A stretch of DNA of 63,320 nucleotides, the filler included, from Octopus bimaculoides (taxonomy: Eukaryota): NCBI RefSeq assembly GCF_001194135.2. It is 8 parts of 7 records of this genome, joined end to end, with 100 filler letters (N's around TTAATTAATTAA, not from the genome) between each part and the next. Parts side by side here need not be neighbours in the genome. Positions count along the whole stretch, not along the records: positions 47,971 to 56,537 come from NC_068982.1; positions 56,638 to 58,321 come from NW_026438907.1; positions 58,422 to 62,152 come from NC_069009.1; positions 62,253 to 63,320 come from NW_026309286.1; 4 more parts are not named here. The stretch is one strand, 5' to 3'. The notes under the pieces were generated by a model. It ran no database searches. It was not told the origin of the DNA and saw nothing but the letters and a program-made list of their open reading frames with translations. The position numbers and the translations under genes are program-made. This document shows, one piece after another, positions 50,680 through 63,320 of the stretch; within the stretch, counting starts at the first letter, position 1, and every line of letters starts with the position of its first letter.

Positions 50680-50939
50680 GTCATCCATATATAGAAGGTG
50701 GCTGACTGTTTTTCCATAGCATTTGTAACCGCATCCAGTTCTATTTAGCAATTCTGTTAAAGGTGTGAGTGCCAGGCAGAACAGGAGTGGAGAGAGCGTG
50801 TCTCCCTGGAATATTCCTTTCTAATGGGGATGGCTTTCGTTTTCACAAGTCCCTCTTTTGTTTGGAGCTGTAGCACTGTCTGCCATTTGTTCATTGAGTG
50901 CTCTATGTATTTTATGATAATTGGTGCCACCTTGTTTAT
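50680..50939 (-). mobile_element. Second R4/Dong copy, RT core with intact YMDD, running into a gap
   Basis: KVAPIIIKY..GIFQGDTLSPLLFCLAL..HLLYMDD. Confidence 0.88.
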
Positions 50940-53900
50940 TCAGTAGTTTTATTTTTATAACGTGCTTTCACTTCACTACCGAGCGCAGCTCTGTGTGCCT
51001 TGGGTATGTGCTATGGTTTGCTGTGATGCTCTTATGGTTACTGTACTGAAAGTGTTTTCTGAAGGATGTGTGCAGTGCCCAGTAGTGCAATTTTCTGTAT
51101 GTTATATACATTTGTAAGTCCTGGTGTTTTTGTTATGTACTTGTCTGAATATTTTTTTATTATACCTAAGGCACCTACTATGATAGGAATTGTTTTTGTT
51201 TTTAGATTCCACATTCGAGTTACCTCTGTTTCCAGGTCTTTGTATTTTGAAAGTTTCTTCATTTCTGTTAGGGAAACGTTGTCATCTGCTGGTATTGAAT
51301 CATCAATTAGAAAGCATTTTTTTCCTTCCTGATCTTTGACAACTATATCTGGCCTATTGGCCTTAATTTCTCTATCTGTGTGTATTGGCATATCCCAGAC
51401 TATGGTTTTCTGTGGCCTTTTCTGGCGTGTGTTTATACCATCTTTTTTCTGTTGNNNNNNNNNNNNNNNNNNNNNNNNNNNNNNNNNNNNNNNNNNNNNN
51501 NNNNNNNNNNNNNNNNNNNNNNNNNNNNNNNNNNNNNNNNNNNNNNNNNNNNNNNNNNNNNNNNNNNNNNNNNNNNNNNNNNNNNNNNNNNNNNNNNNNN
51601 NNNNNNNNNNNNNNNNNNNNNNNNNNNNNNNNNNNNNNNNNNNNNNNNNNNNNNNNNNNNNNNNNNNNNNNNNNNNNNNNNNNNNNNNNNNNNNNNNNNN
51701 NNNNNNNNNNNNNNNNNNNNNNNNNNNNNNNNNNNNNNNNNNNNNNNNNNNNNNNNNNNNNNNNNNNNNNNNNNNNNNNNNNNNNNNNNNNNNNNNNNNN
51801 NNNNNNNNNNNNNNNNNNNNNNNNNNNNNNNNNNNNNNNNNNNNNNNNNNNNNNNNNNNNNNNNNNNNNNNNNNNNNNNNNNNNNNNNNNNNNNNNNNNN
51901 NNNNNNNNNNNNNNNNNNNNNNNNNNNNNNNNNNNNNNNNNNNNNNNNNNNNNNNNNNNNNNNNNNNNNNNNNNNNNNNNNNNNNNNNNNNNNNNNNATA
52001 TATATAGCCTTTCTATGTCAGATTTTGGGTGGTGCATCCTAGATCCTGTCATTATTTTTCTTGTTTTCCTGTCTATTTTAGATAGTTCGTTTAGTGTCCA
52101 GTTAAGGATATTGTAGCTGTAACTTATAACTGGGACGGCTAAAGTGTTAATACCTATTATCTTGTTTTTAGCATTGAGCTCTGTTTTTAGTATTGATCTA
52201 ACTCGTCTGTAGTACTCTTTCTTTATTTTTTCTTTCATTTGTGTGTGTTGTATCCTATCTAGTTCATTGATTCCTAAATATTTGTATGGCTGGCTTTCGT
52301 CTAGTTCTGTTATTTCATTGGCTTTATCTGGTGTGATTTTGCTGCTCTTAACTAGTTTTCCTCTTTTCAGGGTTGCTTTGGCAGATCTTTCTAATCCAAA
52401 TTTCATATCTATTTCTTTGGTAAATCCACGTACTGTCTGTAGTAGTGTTTCCAGCTGTTTACATTTCTAGCGTATAATTTTAGGTCATCCATGTTACGGC
52501 AAAAGAATCAGCCACCTTTTATATAAAAGGTGGCTGATTCTTTTGCCGTAACATTTGTATCCGCATCCAGTTCTATTTAGCAAGTCCGTTAAAGGTGTGA
52601 GTGCCAGGCAGAACTGGAGTGGAGAGAGCGTGTCTCCCTGTAATATTCCTCTTCTAATGGGGATGGCTTTCGTTTTCACGAGTCCCACTTTTGTTTGGAG
52701 CTGTAGCACTGTCTGCCATTTATTCATAGGGTGCCTTATGTATTTTATAATAACTGGTGCCACCTTGTTTATGGCTAGTGTTCCGAGGATCCACGTGTGG
52801 GGAACACTGTCAAAAGCCTTTCGGTAGTCGATCCAGGTCATACTGAGGCCTTTCTTCTTTCTGCGGCTGTCTTCAGTTATGGCTTTATTGATCAATAATT
52901 GATCTTTACAGCCGTATGAGCCCTTGCAGCATCCCTTCTGCTCTTCTGGAAACAGGTGGTTACTCAATCTCTGCGATATTGTTGCAGTAAAGTCTTTTCC
53001 TGATGCATTTTTCCTTTCAGTTGGTGGACAGGTTATAGGTCTGTAGTTTTGTGGTTTCTCCGTTGCCGTGGATTTGGGAATTAAGATGGTTTTTTCCCCT
53101 TTGTGAGCCATTCAGGCATTGTCTCTCTGTCTCTGCTAGTATGTTGTTAAAGTTCTCCGCCAGCTTTTTGTTCATTCTTGTCAGGTATTTTAACCAGAAG
53201 TTGGGGATCTTGTCGTGCCCAGGTGTCTTCCAGTTGCTTAGTCTTTGCAGTGCCTGGCTGACCTCTTCAGTTGTTATAGGGGTCCAGAGTCGCTCAGGTG
53301 CTAAGTTCGTTGTTTTAATGGTCCTTTTTTGAGGTTGTTGCTTCACCGACCATTTTTCTTTCCAAAATTCTTCTAATTCTTCTACTGTTGCTGCTGCAGT
53401 AATGTCTCTTTTATTTTTACCCAGTTTTTGATAGAATTTTTGGGGGTTGGATTTGAACTGTTTGTTTTGTTCAAAGAAAGGTTGGCGTTTCTCATACCGG
53501 CGGATCCTTTGTGCTTTGGCAAGGATATCTTGCTTTAGCTTTTCTTTTGCTTCAGGTAAATCTTTTTCTGTAATGTTGTATTTGTACAGTATTTTTGTTT
53601 TCTACTTGTTACTTAGTTGTGTTGATTGTCTACTAATTTCATTGAGAATCGATAGATCTATTCTCTTTTTTTAAATTTTGTTTGGGATATTATTTATCCA
53701 CAAGGTCTGTTTGGGTGGTGGAACTCCTGTTCGGATGGGTTTGAGGGAGTATCCTGCTTCTTTTATGGCTGTAGTGGTTGCCGCATATATTATGTCATTT
53801 AGCTCAGTGATATTGCCAGTTGTTTCTGTGGCTGTTTGTTCCGTGACGGCCAGGTTTATGATATTTATTATTGATGTTGTTTTATTGTCTATTTTGATTT

Positions 53901-54760
53901 TTGGGAGATATAATCTGTGGTCCATTCTAAGATCTGTGATTTTCAGTTCTTTGATTATTCTCATTTTTATAGTATCATAATCATTAGGTTTCCCTTCGTT
54001 ATTCCCAAGTTTTAGATTTGTTTTTCCTTCCTTTTCATTCCTCTGTCTGTCTGTGGTGTTCTGGATTGGTGTTTTTTGTACATTATTATACATCTCTACG
54101 GTCTTGGTTTGTTGTTTTCTATTTACTTCGTTTTTGGCGGAAATGTTACGTTAGTCGTCATGTTTTACTATCTCAGTGTTTATATTATTATTTGGCATTG
54201 TTGTGTGGCTACTATCTAGATTTTCCTGGTGCATTTTTCCTTTCAATTGTTCTATTTCTATTTCTGATATTTTTTTTGCTTTGAGAATATATCTTCCTAT
54301 GTTAGCTAGTTTATTAGGTTTCATTGTTGTATCCAAGTCTTTATTTAGGTCATTTTTCCTCCATATTTTATATGTATGTGTTGTTGCGTTTTCGTTTTTT
54401 GGGTAGAGCATTGCTGTGAAATAAGCGTGTAGGATCGAAATGTATTCCTAACGTATCCATTTATGCCGTTTTGGTTTTATTTGCGGGACATGAGGAACAA
54501 CGTCCGGCCCTTTATTTTGACGGTCATCATTTTCGTAGGGTACCGGTCCGTTCGTTTCTGTTGTAAGATTGTTTTGCACGTGCAGCTCTTCGTACTTTTT
54601 GCGTAACAAGTTTAGAGAACGCACTTCCCGGTTGTTATTCTTGGGTGGAATAATACCGGTATTATTTAATCTATTTATAATTTTTTTGTACATGGTGTTT
54701 GGGGCCGGAGATGGTCTGGTGTTGATGTAATAAGCGTGTTTACGTGTGCTGTGCGAGCAG
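50940..54760 (-). mobile_element. Near full-length, inactivated R4/Dong-clade non-LTR retrotransposon (N-terminal region, RT, RLE)
   Basis: KW.R.EY..YKIWR..NKLAN N-terminus; NYRPITC, WIDYRKAFDSVPH, QGDTLSPL; RPDIVVKD..KYKDL RLE; 3' UTR. Stops and frameshifts present. The 5' limit is approximate. Confidence 0.92.
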
Positions 54761-54879
54761 TGAAGATGATATCCAGTTAAAATACATCATTATATTTGGA
54801 AAAATAGAAATATATTTCAATGAGTATTACTTACTCGGATATAGACCAACCCTTTGTCAGCTATTTTTGGCTCCATGCG

Positions 54880-55290
54880 ATGTCCTTATTTCCGATGTTT
54901 TTGGATAAATTTCGGAGCAGTGATTTATCGTTCTCACATGTGGCCTATTTTCATCTATCTTTCTGTCAGTTTGAATGGTGAAGTTCCAGAGGAGTGCGAT
55001 GTGATCATTTTCAAGTACTGGGGGTGGTTTGTGTTCCCACCAGTTTTTATCATGGGGCAAGTCCAGGTTTTTGCATATTACCCAGTGAATATATTGTGCA
55101 GCTCTATCATGCCTGTTGCGATACTCTGTAGGCGCAAACAAACTGAACATGGAGACAACATGATCGATGGTCTCGTTTTATTGTTGGCATATACGACATA
55201 ATGGGGATCTGCCGTTCTTTAATATGTTGGCCTGGTAGTTCTTTGTAGGTAGGCATTGATCTTGGGCTGTTATGATAAACCTCTCTGTTT
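54880..55290 (-). mobile_element. R4/Dong-like fragment, second subfamily (zinc-knuckle/RLE region)
   Basis: EYRNRHDRAAQYIHWVICK..WWEHKP..LLWNFTIQTDRKI..NRP. Confidence 0.82.
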
Positions 55291-55674
55291 CTGATATTAT
55301 TATTATTATGTTGTTTTTTTTCTTCTTTCTTCAAATTTTCTTCCATTTCTCGCCGAGTGTTTTCCATACACCTAGGGCAGAGAAACTCGTTGTATGCATT
55401 CCCAGTTTACACACGCAAATTCACAAGTAAAACATGTATTTAAAAAAAATTAAATTAAAAAAAATTCATGAATGGATGTTGTTTTCACAGCGATAATGCT
55501 CTTCTCAGTACATGAGTCGTTCGCACGTTTGTTAATATCACTTGCCGAGACACACCCAACAGCCTAGTGCAAATGAAGGATAAGAGACGGTACAGTATGA
55601 CTGAACGATTGGGAAGGGGAAGTTGCGAAAGTAGGCAGTAGCGAAATATTTTCATGTAATACGACACAGACATT

Positions 55675-56537
55675 TAAATTGATAGGGTTTTTCTAAAGAT
55701 GTAGGCAGTACTTGTCAGCACAATCTTTTGGGTTTCTCTGAGACATGGTTCTCCTAGGATATTATCTAGATGTTTTTGACACCCCTTTCTTATCATACCC
55801 GGGGCAGCCACAATAATAGGAACAGTTCTCACTTTAAGATGCCACATCTTTGTATTTCAATTTCCAAGGTCTTATATTTACTGAATTTATCAAATTCCGT
55901 TACAGATATATTTTTATCAGTGGGAACACATATCTATTGATCTACAAGTATTTTCTTCCCAGCCTTTAATAAGCATGTCTGGTTGATTAGCCTGGGTCGT
56001 TCTGTCGGTGTTGACTGGAAAATCCCAGAGGATAGTGGCAATTATACCTTCAACGACTGGCTCAGGGTGATGTTCATACCATTAAGCAGGAGTGTTGATT
56101 TTGTAGTTTTTACATATTTTCCAATGTAAATGCTGTCCTGCCCTATCGTGGCGATATTTGTATTCGTTTGGTGACAGCAGAGAACATCCCGAAATGATAT
56201 GGTCCACTGTTTCATCAAATGTATCGCAGAATCTGCACTTAAGCTCAGAACCGTTTTGAAGAACGTTAGCCTGGTAGTTTTTGGTAAGCAAGCTTTGGTC
56301 TTGTGCCGCTAATATGAAACCTTCAGTGTCTGCTTTCAGTCCTGAACTTCTCAACCACTGATGGCTGTTGCTTGGTCTAAATCAGCATTTCGGCTTCGAA
56401 GTATATATTATCCATGCAGAGGCTTCTGGCTCTATCGCTCCTCAATTTGTTTCTGCCAGTTCTGTTTTGAAGTCGGTTTGATCCGTTTTGCTAAATTGGG
56501 TAGCAGTGGTTTCAGGTTCTTCATCTAATTCAGGGTT
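55675..56537 (-). mobile_element. R4/Dong-like C-terminal fragment, third subfamily
   Basis: TEGFILAAQDQSL..CRFC..ETVDHIISGC..YKYRHDRAGQHLHWKICK. Confidence 0.85.
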
Positions 56538-56637
56538 NNNNNNNNNNNNNNNNNNNNNNNNNNNNNNNNNNNNNNNNNNNNTTAATTAATTAANNNNNNN
56601 NNNNNNNNNNNNNNNNNNNNNNNNNNNNNNNNNNNNN

Positions 56638-58321
56638 ATAAATATATATATATAAATCAATAAATATGTATATAAATAAATAAATATGTATATAAATAAA
56701 TAAATATGTAAATAAAAAATAAATAAATATATGATGAAATAAATTAATAAACATATATAAATAAACAAATGAATATATATATAATTAAATAAATAAATAA
56801 ATATATATATATAGAAATAAATATATAAATAAATAAATATATATATAAATAAATAAATATATATATATATAAATAAATAAATATATATATATTAATAAAT
56901 AAATATATATAAATAAATAAATATAAATTTATAAAAAAAATATTAAAAAAAAATAAATAAATATATATAAATATATATATATATATAAATAAATATATAA
57001 ATAAATATATAAATAAATAAATATATAAATATACAAATAAAAAAATAAATAAATATACATATAACTTAATAAAAAATAAAATAAATATATATATATTAAT
57101 AAATATATATATATAAATAAATAAATATAAATATATAAAAAAATAAAAATAATAAATAAATATATATAAATATATATATATATAAATAAATTTATAAATA
57201 AATATATAAATAAATAAATAAATATATAAATATATAAATATATAAATATATAAATAAAAAAATAAATAAATATACATATAAATTAATAAAAAATTAAATA
57301 AATATATATATAAATAAAAAGATATATAAATATATATATAAATAAAAAAAATATATGTAAATAAATTTAAAAAAATTAATGTATATATATTTAAATAAAT
57401 ATATATAAATAAATAAATATATATATATAAATAAATAAATAAATATATATAGAAATAAATAAATATATATAAATCAATAAATATGTATATAAATAAATAA
57501 ATATCTAAATAAAAAATAAATAAATATATATATATATAAAAAAAAACAAATATATATATAAATATAGAAAAAAAAATATATATAAAAATATATAAAAATA
57601 AAAAACAAATAAATATATATAAATAAATAAATATATATAAATAAATATATATAAATAAATATATAAAAAAATAAATATATAAATAAATAAATATATATAT
57701 AAATAAATAAATATATATATAAATAAATAATTATATACATAAATAAATAAAAAATATATATATATATGAAACTAAATATATATCAATAAAAAATAAATAA
57801 ATATATGATTAAATAAATTAATAAATATATATATAATTAAATAAATAAATAAATACATATATATAAATAAATATATATATACATATTAATAAATATATAT
57901 ATAAATAAATATATAAATAAATAAATATATATATAAGTAAATAAAGAAAATATATATATAAACAATTAATTATATATATAATTGAATAAATAAATAAATA
58001 AATAAATATATATATAAATAAGTAAATAAATATATATAAATAAATAAATATATATATAAAGAAATAAATAATATAAATAACTAAATATATATAAATAAAT
58101 ATATATATATAGAAATAAATACATGAATAAAAAATAAATAAATATATATATAAATAAAAAGATAAATAAATATGTAAATAAATATATATATATAAAAATA
58201 TCTTTAAATAAATTAATAAATATATAAAAATAAAAAAATAAATATATATATAATTAAATAAATAAATAAATATATAAATAAATATATATATATATTAATA
58301 AATATATATATAAATAAATAT
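56638..58321. repeat. Almost pure A/T low-complexity scaffold, degenerate (ATAA/AT)n
   Basis: Directly visible. It fills the whole interval between two linkers. Confidence 0.92.
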
Positions 58322-58444
58322 NNNNNNNNNNNNNNNNNNNNNNNNNNNNNNNNNNNNNNNNNNNNTTAATTAATTAANNNNNNNNNNNNNNNNNNNNNNN
58401 NNNNNNNNNNNNNNNNNNNNNAACGATTCTGCCATCTCACCACC

Positions 58445-58523
<79 letters not shown>

Positions 58524-58671
58524 TAATAATAATGAAATAATAACAATAATAATAATAATAATGAAATAATAACGATAGTAATAATAATAATAATGAAATA
58601 ATAACAACAACAACAACAATAATAATGAAATAACAACAATAATAATAATAACAATAATGAAATAAATATAA

Positions 58672-58703
<32 letters not shown>

Positions 58704-59800
58704 CTAATAATAATAATAATATGAAACAACACTAACAATATTATTAATGACAATAAAACTACAATAATGTAAAGAACAATATTGATAGCTACAACAACAC
58801 CAACAATATCACAGCAATAAAACAACAACAATAGAAGTATTGATGATGATAAAAACAACAGCACCATGATAATGAAACAACAACTACAGGAAGAACAATG
58901 ATATAAGCAACAAATTTTATACTGAATATGATAACAATAACAACACCAACAATATCATAGTAATGAAACAGCAGCACATGAGTAATAAGGATAAAGATAA
59001 TATGTGACATCATCAACAATAATATTGACAATAACAACAACAGTATATTATAGCAATAAAGCAACAACAGACATGAATAAAAATAATAATGGTATAATAA
59101 TGATAATGATAATAATGATCAGAACCCGAACAAAACAACCCACAAACGCAGGACACTATATAGCAAACGTCCAATAAAATAAACNNNNNNNNNNNNNNNN
59201 NNNNNNNNNNNNNNNNNNNNNNNNNNNNNNNNNNNNNNNNNNNNNNNNNNNNNNNNNNNNNNNNNNNNNNNNNNNNNNNNNNNNNNNNNNNNNNNNNNNN
59301 NNNNNNNNNNNNNNNNNNNNNNNNNNNNNNNNNNNNNNNNNNNNNNNNNNNNNNNNNNNNNNNNNNNNNNNNNNNNNNNNNNNNNNNNNNNNNNNNNNNN
59401 NNNNNNNNNNNNNNNNNNNNNNNNNNNNNNNNNNNNNNNNNNNNNNNNNNNNNNNNNNNNNNNNNNNNNNNNNNNNNNNNNNNNNNNNNNNNNNNNNNNN
59501 NNNNNNNNNNNNNNNNNNNNNNNNNNNNNNNNNNNNNNNNNNNNNNNNNNNNNNNNNNNNNNNNNNNNNNNNNNNNNNNNNNNNNNNNNNNNNNNNNNNN
59601 NNNNNNNNNNNNNNNNNNNNNNNNNNNNNNNNNNNNNNNNNNNNNNNNNNNNNNNNNNNNNNNNNNNNNNNNNNNNNNNNNNNNNNNNNNNNNNNNNNNA
59701 TAGCGATAATTATATGAAGCAACAGTATTTATAGCCAATAAAAATAACATAAAAAGAATAATGATAATGAAATAATTATCGAAAGAACATGATCATTGAA
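58445..59800. repeat. (AAT)n grading into a degenerate (AAC/AAT/GAT)n tract, with a gap
   Basis: Directly visible. Confidence 0.88.
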
Positions 59801-60097
59801 AGGATCAAATGAAAATCAGGAAGTTTGGATTTGGAGGGTGGGTTTATATTTAATTGGGGAGATAATTTCATCTTGATATATATATATATGTTTGTGTGTG
59901 TGTGTGTATGTGTGTGAAGTGATAAGAACATCTTGAGTGAAGGGTATGTATTCATGAAAATATAACTTCATCCTGCAAATGGATTTTATACATAAACCTG
60001 ATGAGTCAATATATTTGTGATATTAGAATAATACAGATGCAGTGTGATGTTGCACTTCTGATAAAATTGTGTGTGTGTGTGCATGTGTGTATGTATC

Positions 60098-60460
60098 CTC
60101 ATCATCATTTAACATCCATTTTCTATACTGGTATAGGTTCAGATGATTTAAGCTGGAGAGCTGCATAAGACTCCAGTCTGTTTTGTCATGATTTCTATGG
60201 CTGGATGTCCTTTCTAACACCAACCACTCTACAGATTGTACTGGGTGTCTTTTACGTGTCACCAGCATGATTGTCTTTTTCATGTCACTAGCACAGGAAC
60301 CTTATGTGTGTCACCAGCACTGACCACATCCACGATTTCACTTAGCTTCACATGTTTTCTCAAGCACAAGAAATCACCAAGTCTTGGTCTCTTGTGATCA
60401 TACTTCATCACTTTGTCCCACATCATCCAGGGTTTACCTCTTCCACAGATACCCTCCACA
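60098..60460 (-). mobile_element. RTE-related 3' tail
   Basis: catcatcatttaacatccatttt..ctggatgtcctttctaacaccaaccact. Confidence 0.65.
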
Positions 60461-60487
60461 AGGTATCAGATACCCACGACATAGTAT

Positions 60488-61033
60488 CTTGGGCAAGTGT
60501 CTTCTACTATAGCCTCGGGATAACCAAAGCCTTGTGAGTGGATCTAGTAGCTGGAAACTAAAAAAAATTATGAAGGTGGTGAGCTGGCAGAAACGGTAGC
60601 ACTCTGGACAAAATGCTTAGCGATATTTCATCTGCCGTTATATTCTGAGTTCAAATTCCGCCGAGGCCGACTTTGCCTTTCACCCTTTCAGAGTCGATAA
60701 ATAAAGTACCAGTTATGCACTGGGGTCNNNNNNNNNNNNNNNNNNNNNNNNNNNNNNNNNNNNNNNNNNNNNNNNNNNNNNNNNNNNNNNNNNNNNNNNN
60801 NNNNNNNNNNNNNNNNNNNNNNNNNNNNNNNNNNNNNNNNNNNNNNNNNNNNNNNNNNNNNNNNNNNNNNNNNNNNNNNNNNNNNNNNNNNNNNNNNNNN
60901 NNNNNNNNNNNNNNNNNNNNNNNNNNNNNNNNNNNNNNNNNNNNNNNNNNNNNNNNNNNNNNNNNNCAATAAAGAAATAGGAAACTGAAAAAAGCCCATC
61001 GTATATATATATATACATACATACATATAAATA

Positions 61034-61064
<31 letters not shown>

Positions 61065-61440
61065 TTCTTTATTGCCCACAAGGGGCTAAACACAGAAGGG
61101 ACAAACAAGGACAGACAAAGAGATTAAGTCGATTACATCAGCTCCAGTGCGTAACTGGTACTTAATTTATCGACTCCGAAAGGATGAAAGGCAAAGTTGA
61201 CGTCGGCAACAAACTGCTAAGTTACAGGGACATAAACACACCAACACCAATATCATTCACACATACACACACAAACAATGGGCTTGTTTCAGTCTCTCTC
61301 CGGTAGATCCATTCACAAGGTGTCAGTCAACGTGAGGTTATAGTAAAAGAGACTTGCCTAGGGTGCCATGCAGTGGTACTGAACTCAGAACAAATGTGGT
61401 TGGAAAACAAACTTCTTACCACACAGCCACATCTGTGCCT
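60488..61440. mobile_element. Cluster of SINE A (60573-60727 +, 61063-61210 -) and SINE B (60488-60570, 61205-61440 -) fragments
   Basis: Family motifs as in the other copies. Confidence 0.75.
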
Positions 61441-61914
61441 GAAATGTGATATTCTTGAAGTTGGATATAACTGAGTGGAATTGCATGCAAATACAAACCC
61501 ATTAGATAGCAGTGTATTATATGCATAACTAAATATTTATCAGCAATGTGATGCCATGTATAAGAACATTGAAATAAAACCGTTATTTCAGAAGGAACAA
61601 AAACACGATAATTTTTATTACAATCCATCTGAAGATTGCTCTGTTTAGCATGAAAATTAAAGCAATGCGAAAGTATTAATATTGTGATATATGCACCCTC
61701 AAATATATATATGTGTGTGTGTGTGTATGTACATGCATATACACAGCATATACACATATGCTTAGGTCATATGCAAAATAGAATGTTTACGAAATTAAAG
61801 GGATTTTTCTGATTTAATTATTGATATATATGTATAAATGAATAAATAAATCACAATATGTTTGACACACCTGCACACACACATATATATGTTTGTGTGT
61901 GTGCTATAAATATG

Positions 61915-61945
<31 letters not shown>

Positions 61946-62252
61946 AGAAATGCATTGATACGTATATTTAGATATATATATAAATGAATAAGTAAATAAA
62001 TATATAATCATATAAAACCATACGCATTTTTAATTTACTTTCTTCAAGTCTGTCTTTTAAGTATTCAAAGCAACACTATTATCATTGTCTATTATAATAC
62101 GTGTGTGTGTGGGGGGTGTTCTATATGTGTGTGTGTATATATATATATATATNNNNNNNNNNNNNNNNNNNNNNNNNNNNNNNNNNNNNNNNNNNNTTAA
62201 TTAATTAANNNNNNNNNNNNNNNNNNNNNNNNNNNNNNNNNNNNNNNNNNNN

Positions 62253-62333
<81 letters not shown>

Positions 62334-63320
62334 GTATATATATCTGTGTGTGTGTGTGCATGTATGAGTCTTTGTGTACATGAATCTTTGCATGCATTCG
62401 CTCATACAAACACACAAATATCGTTTTGAACATAGCATACAGGTTATGTATTACAAAATATTCATGCAATTTTTTCGTATTTATTTTAATGAATATCTTT
62501 ATCACTTTTTGTTTTTGATATTTTTTACTTTCATTTATAGTTTTATAGAGAATTGATACCGTGTAGCTTATGTAAACAAATTTACATTTAGCGACAGAAT
62601 ATAAATTATCTGTAATATTAATTCTTCTCGAAATATCGCAGAAATATTTGTGACCGGAGCGAACTTGAAATCTCCACCGTGCAATTTAAAATTATATATA
62701 TTTAACTCTTAGTTCTCGGTTTAGCGTTAATTCCAGAGGTCAACCAGTACATTGCCATATAGTTTCCTCCGCCTTCTTTCACTCAGATATCTCCCGTTAC
62801 GAAAATGCATAATTATATTATATTTCATTATATTTTCACGTAATTTCATGATTTACGCAGAAGCTTTTTGTTGCCCCCTGATTAACGGATCATTTAAGGC
62901 CCATTTTAAAGTTAGCCTGAGGATCGGCAACTTGAAACTAGGATAACCAGATGTAAAAAAAATAATAACTTTGTCACTTTGGCCTAATGCACGCCTTTAC
63001 TGTGCTTGTCTATGCATAATTACATACACACACGCGCACGCACGCACACACACACACACACACACACATACATATATATATGTATATATATATATATATG
63101 TGTGTGTGTGTGAGGTTGTATGTATGTTTACATATGAATATGTATAAAAATTATATGAAATATTTATAAGTACCGCGCCAGTATATACATGTGCATCATG
63201 TATATGAATTTACATACCCATAAATAAATATAAACAGATACAATTTGGACCATATCTATATCTATATATCTATCCATCTATCCATCCCTCCATCTCTTTC
63301 TCTCTCTCTCTCTCTCTCTC

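Noticed and set aside
56744-59067. Hydrophobic I/Y/L-rich ORFs resembling membrane proteins
   Set aside because: They are translations of AT and AAT low-complexity repeats.

Overview
AT-rich, gap-rich animal genomic DNA, most likely an octopus or other coleoid cephalopod (inferred from the SINE/LINE/MITE repertoire, not from a search). It appears to be about 8 scaffolds joined by an artificial 44N-TTAATTAATTAA-44N linker, so adjacency across linkers is not established. I cannot support any intact host protein-coding gene, rRNA, tRNA or CRISPR array. The recognisable content is transposable-element remains plus micro- and minisatellites: three tRNA-derived SINE families; RTE, CR1-like, R4/Dong, HERO-like and CRE-like LINEs; two Ty3/gypsy remnants; a Helitron; a mariner; Tc1 fragments; several MITEs; and Penelope-like elements. 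The best leads are: (i) a Penelope-like element at 23687-24752 whose two inverted pseudo-LTRs each carry a complementarily damaged type I hammerhead ribozyme and together reconstruct an intact one; (ii) a perfect 64-bp fold-back palindrome inserted exactly into the YMDD motif of an R4/Dong RT; (iii) a tandem C2H2 zinc-finger ORF end that is probably LINE-borne; and (iv) several nested or composite rolling-circle and piggyBac-type structures. All alignments and translations were done by eye.
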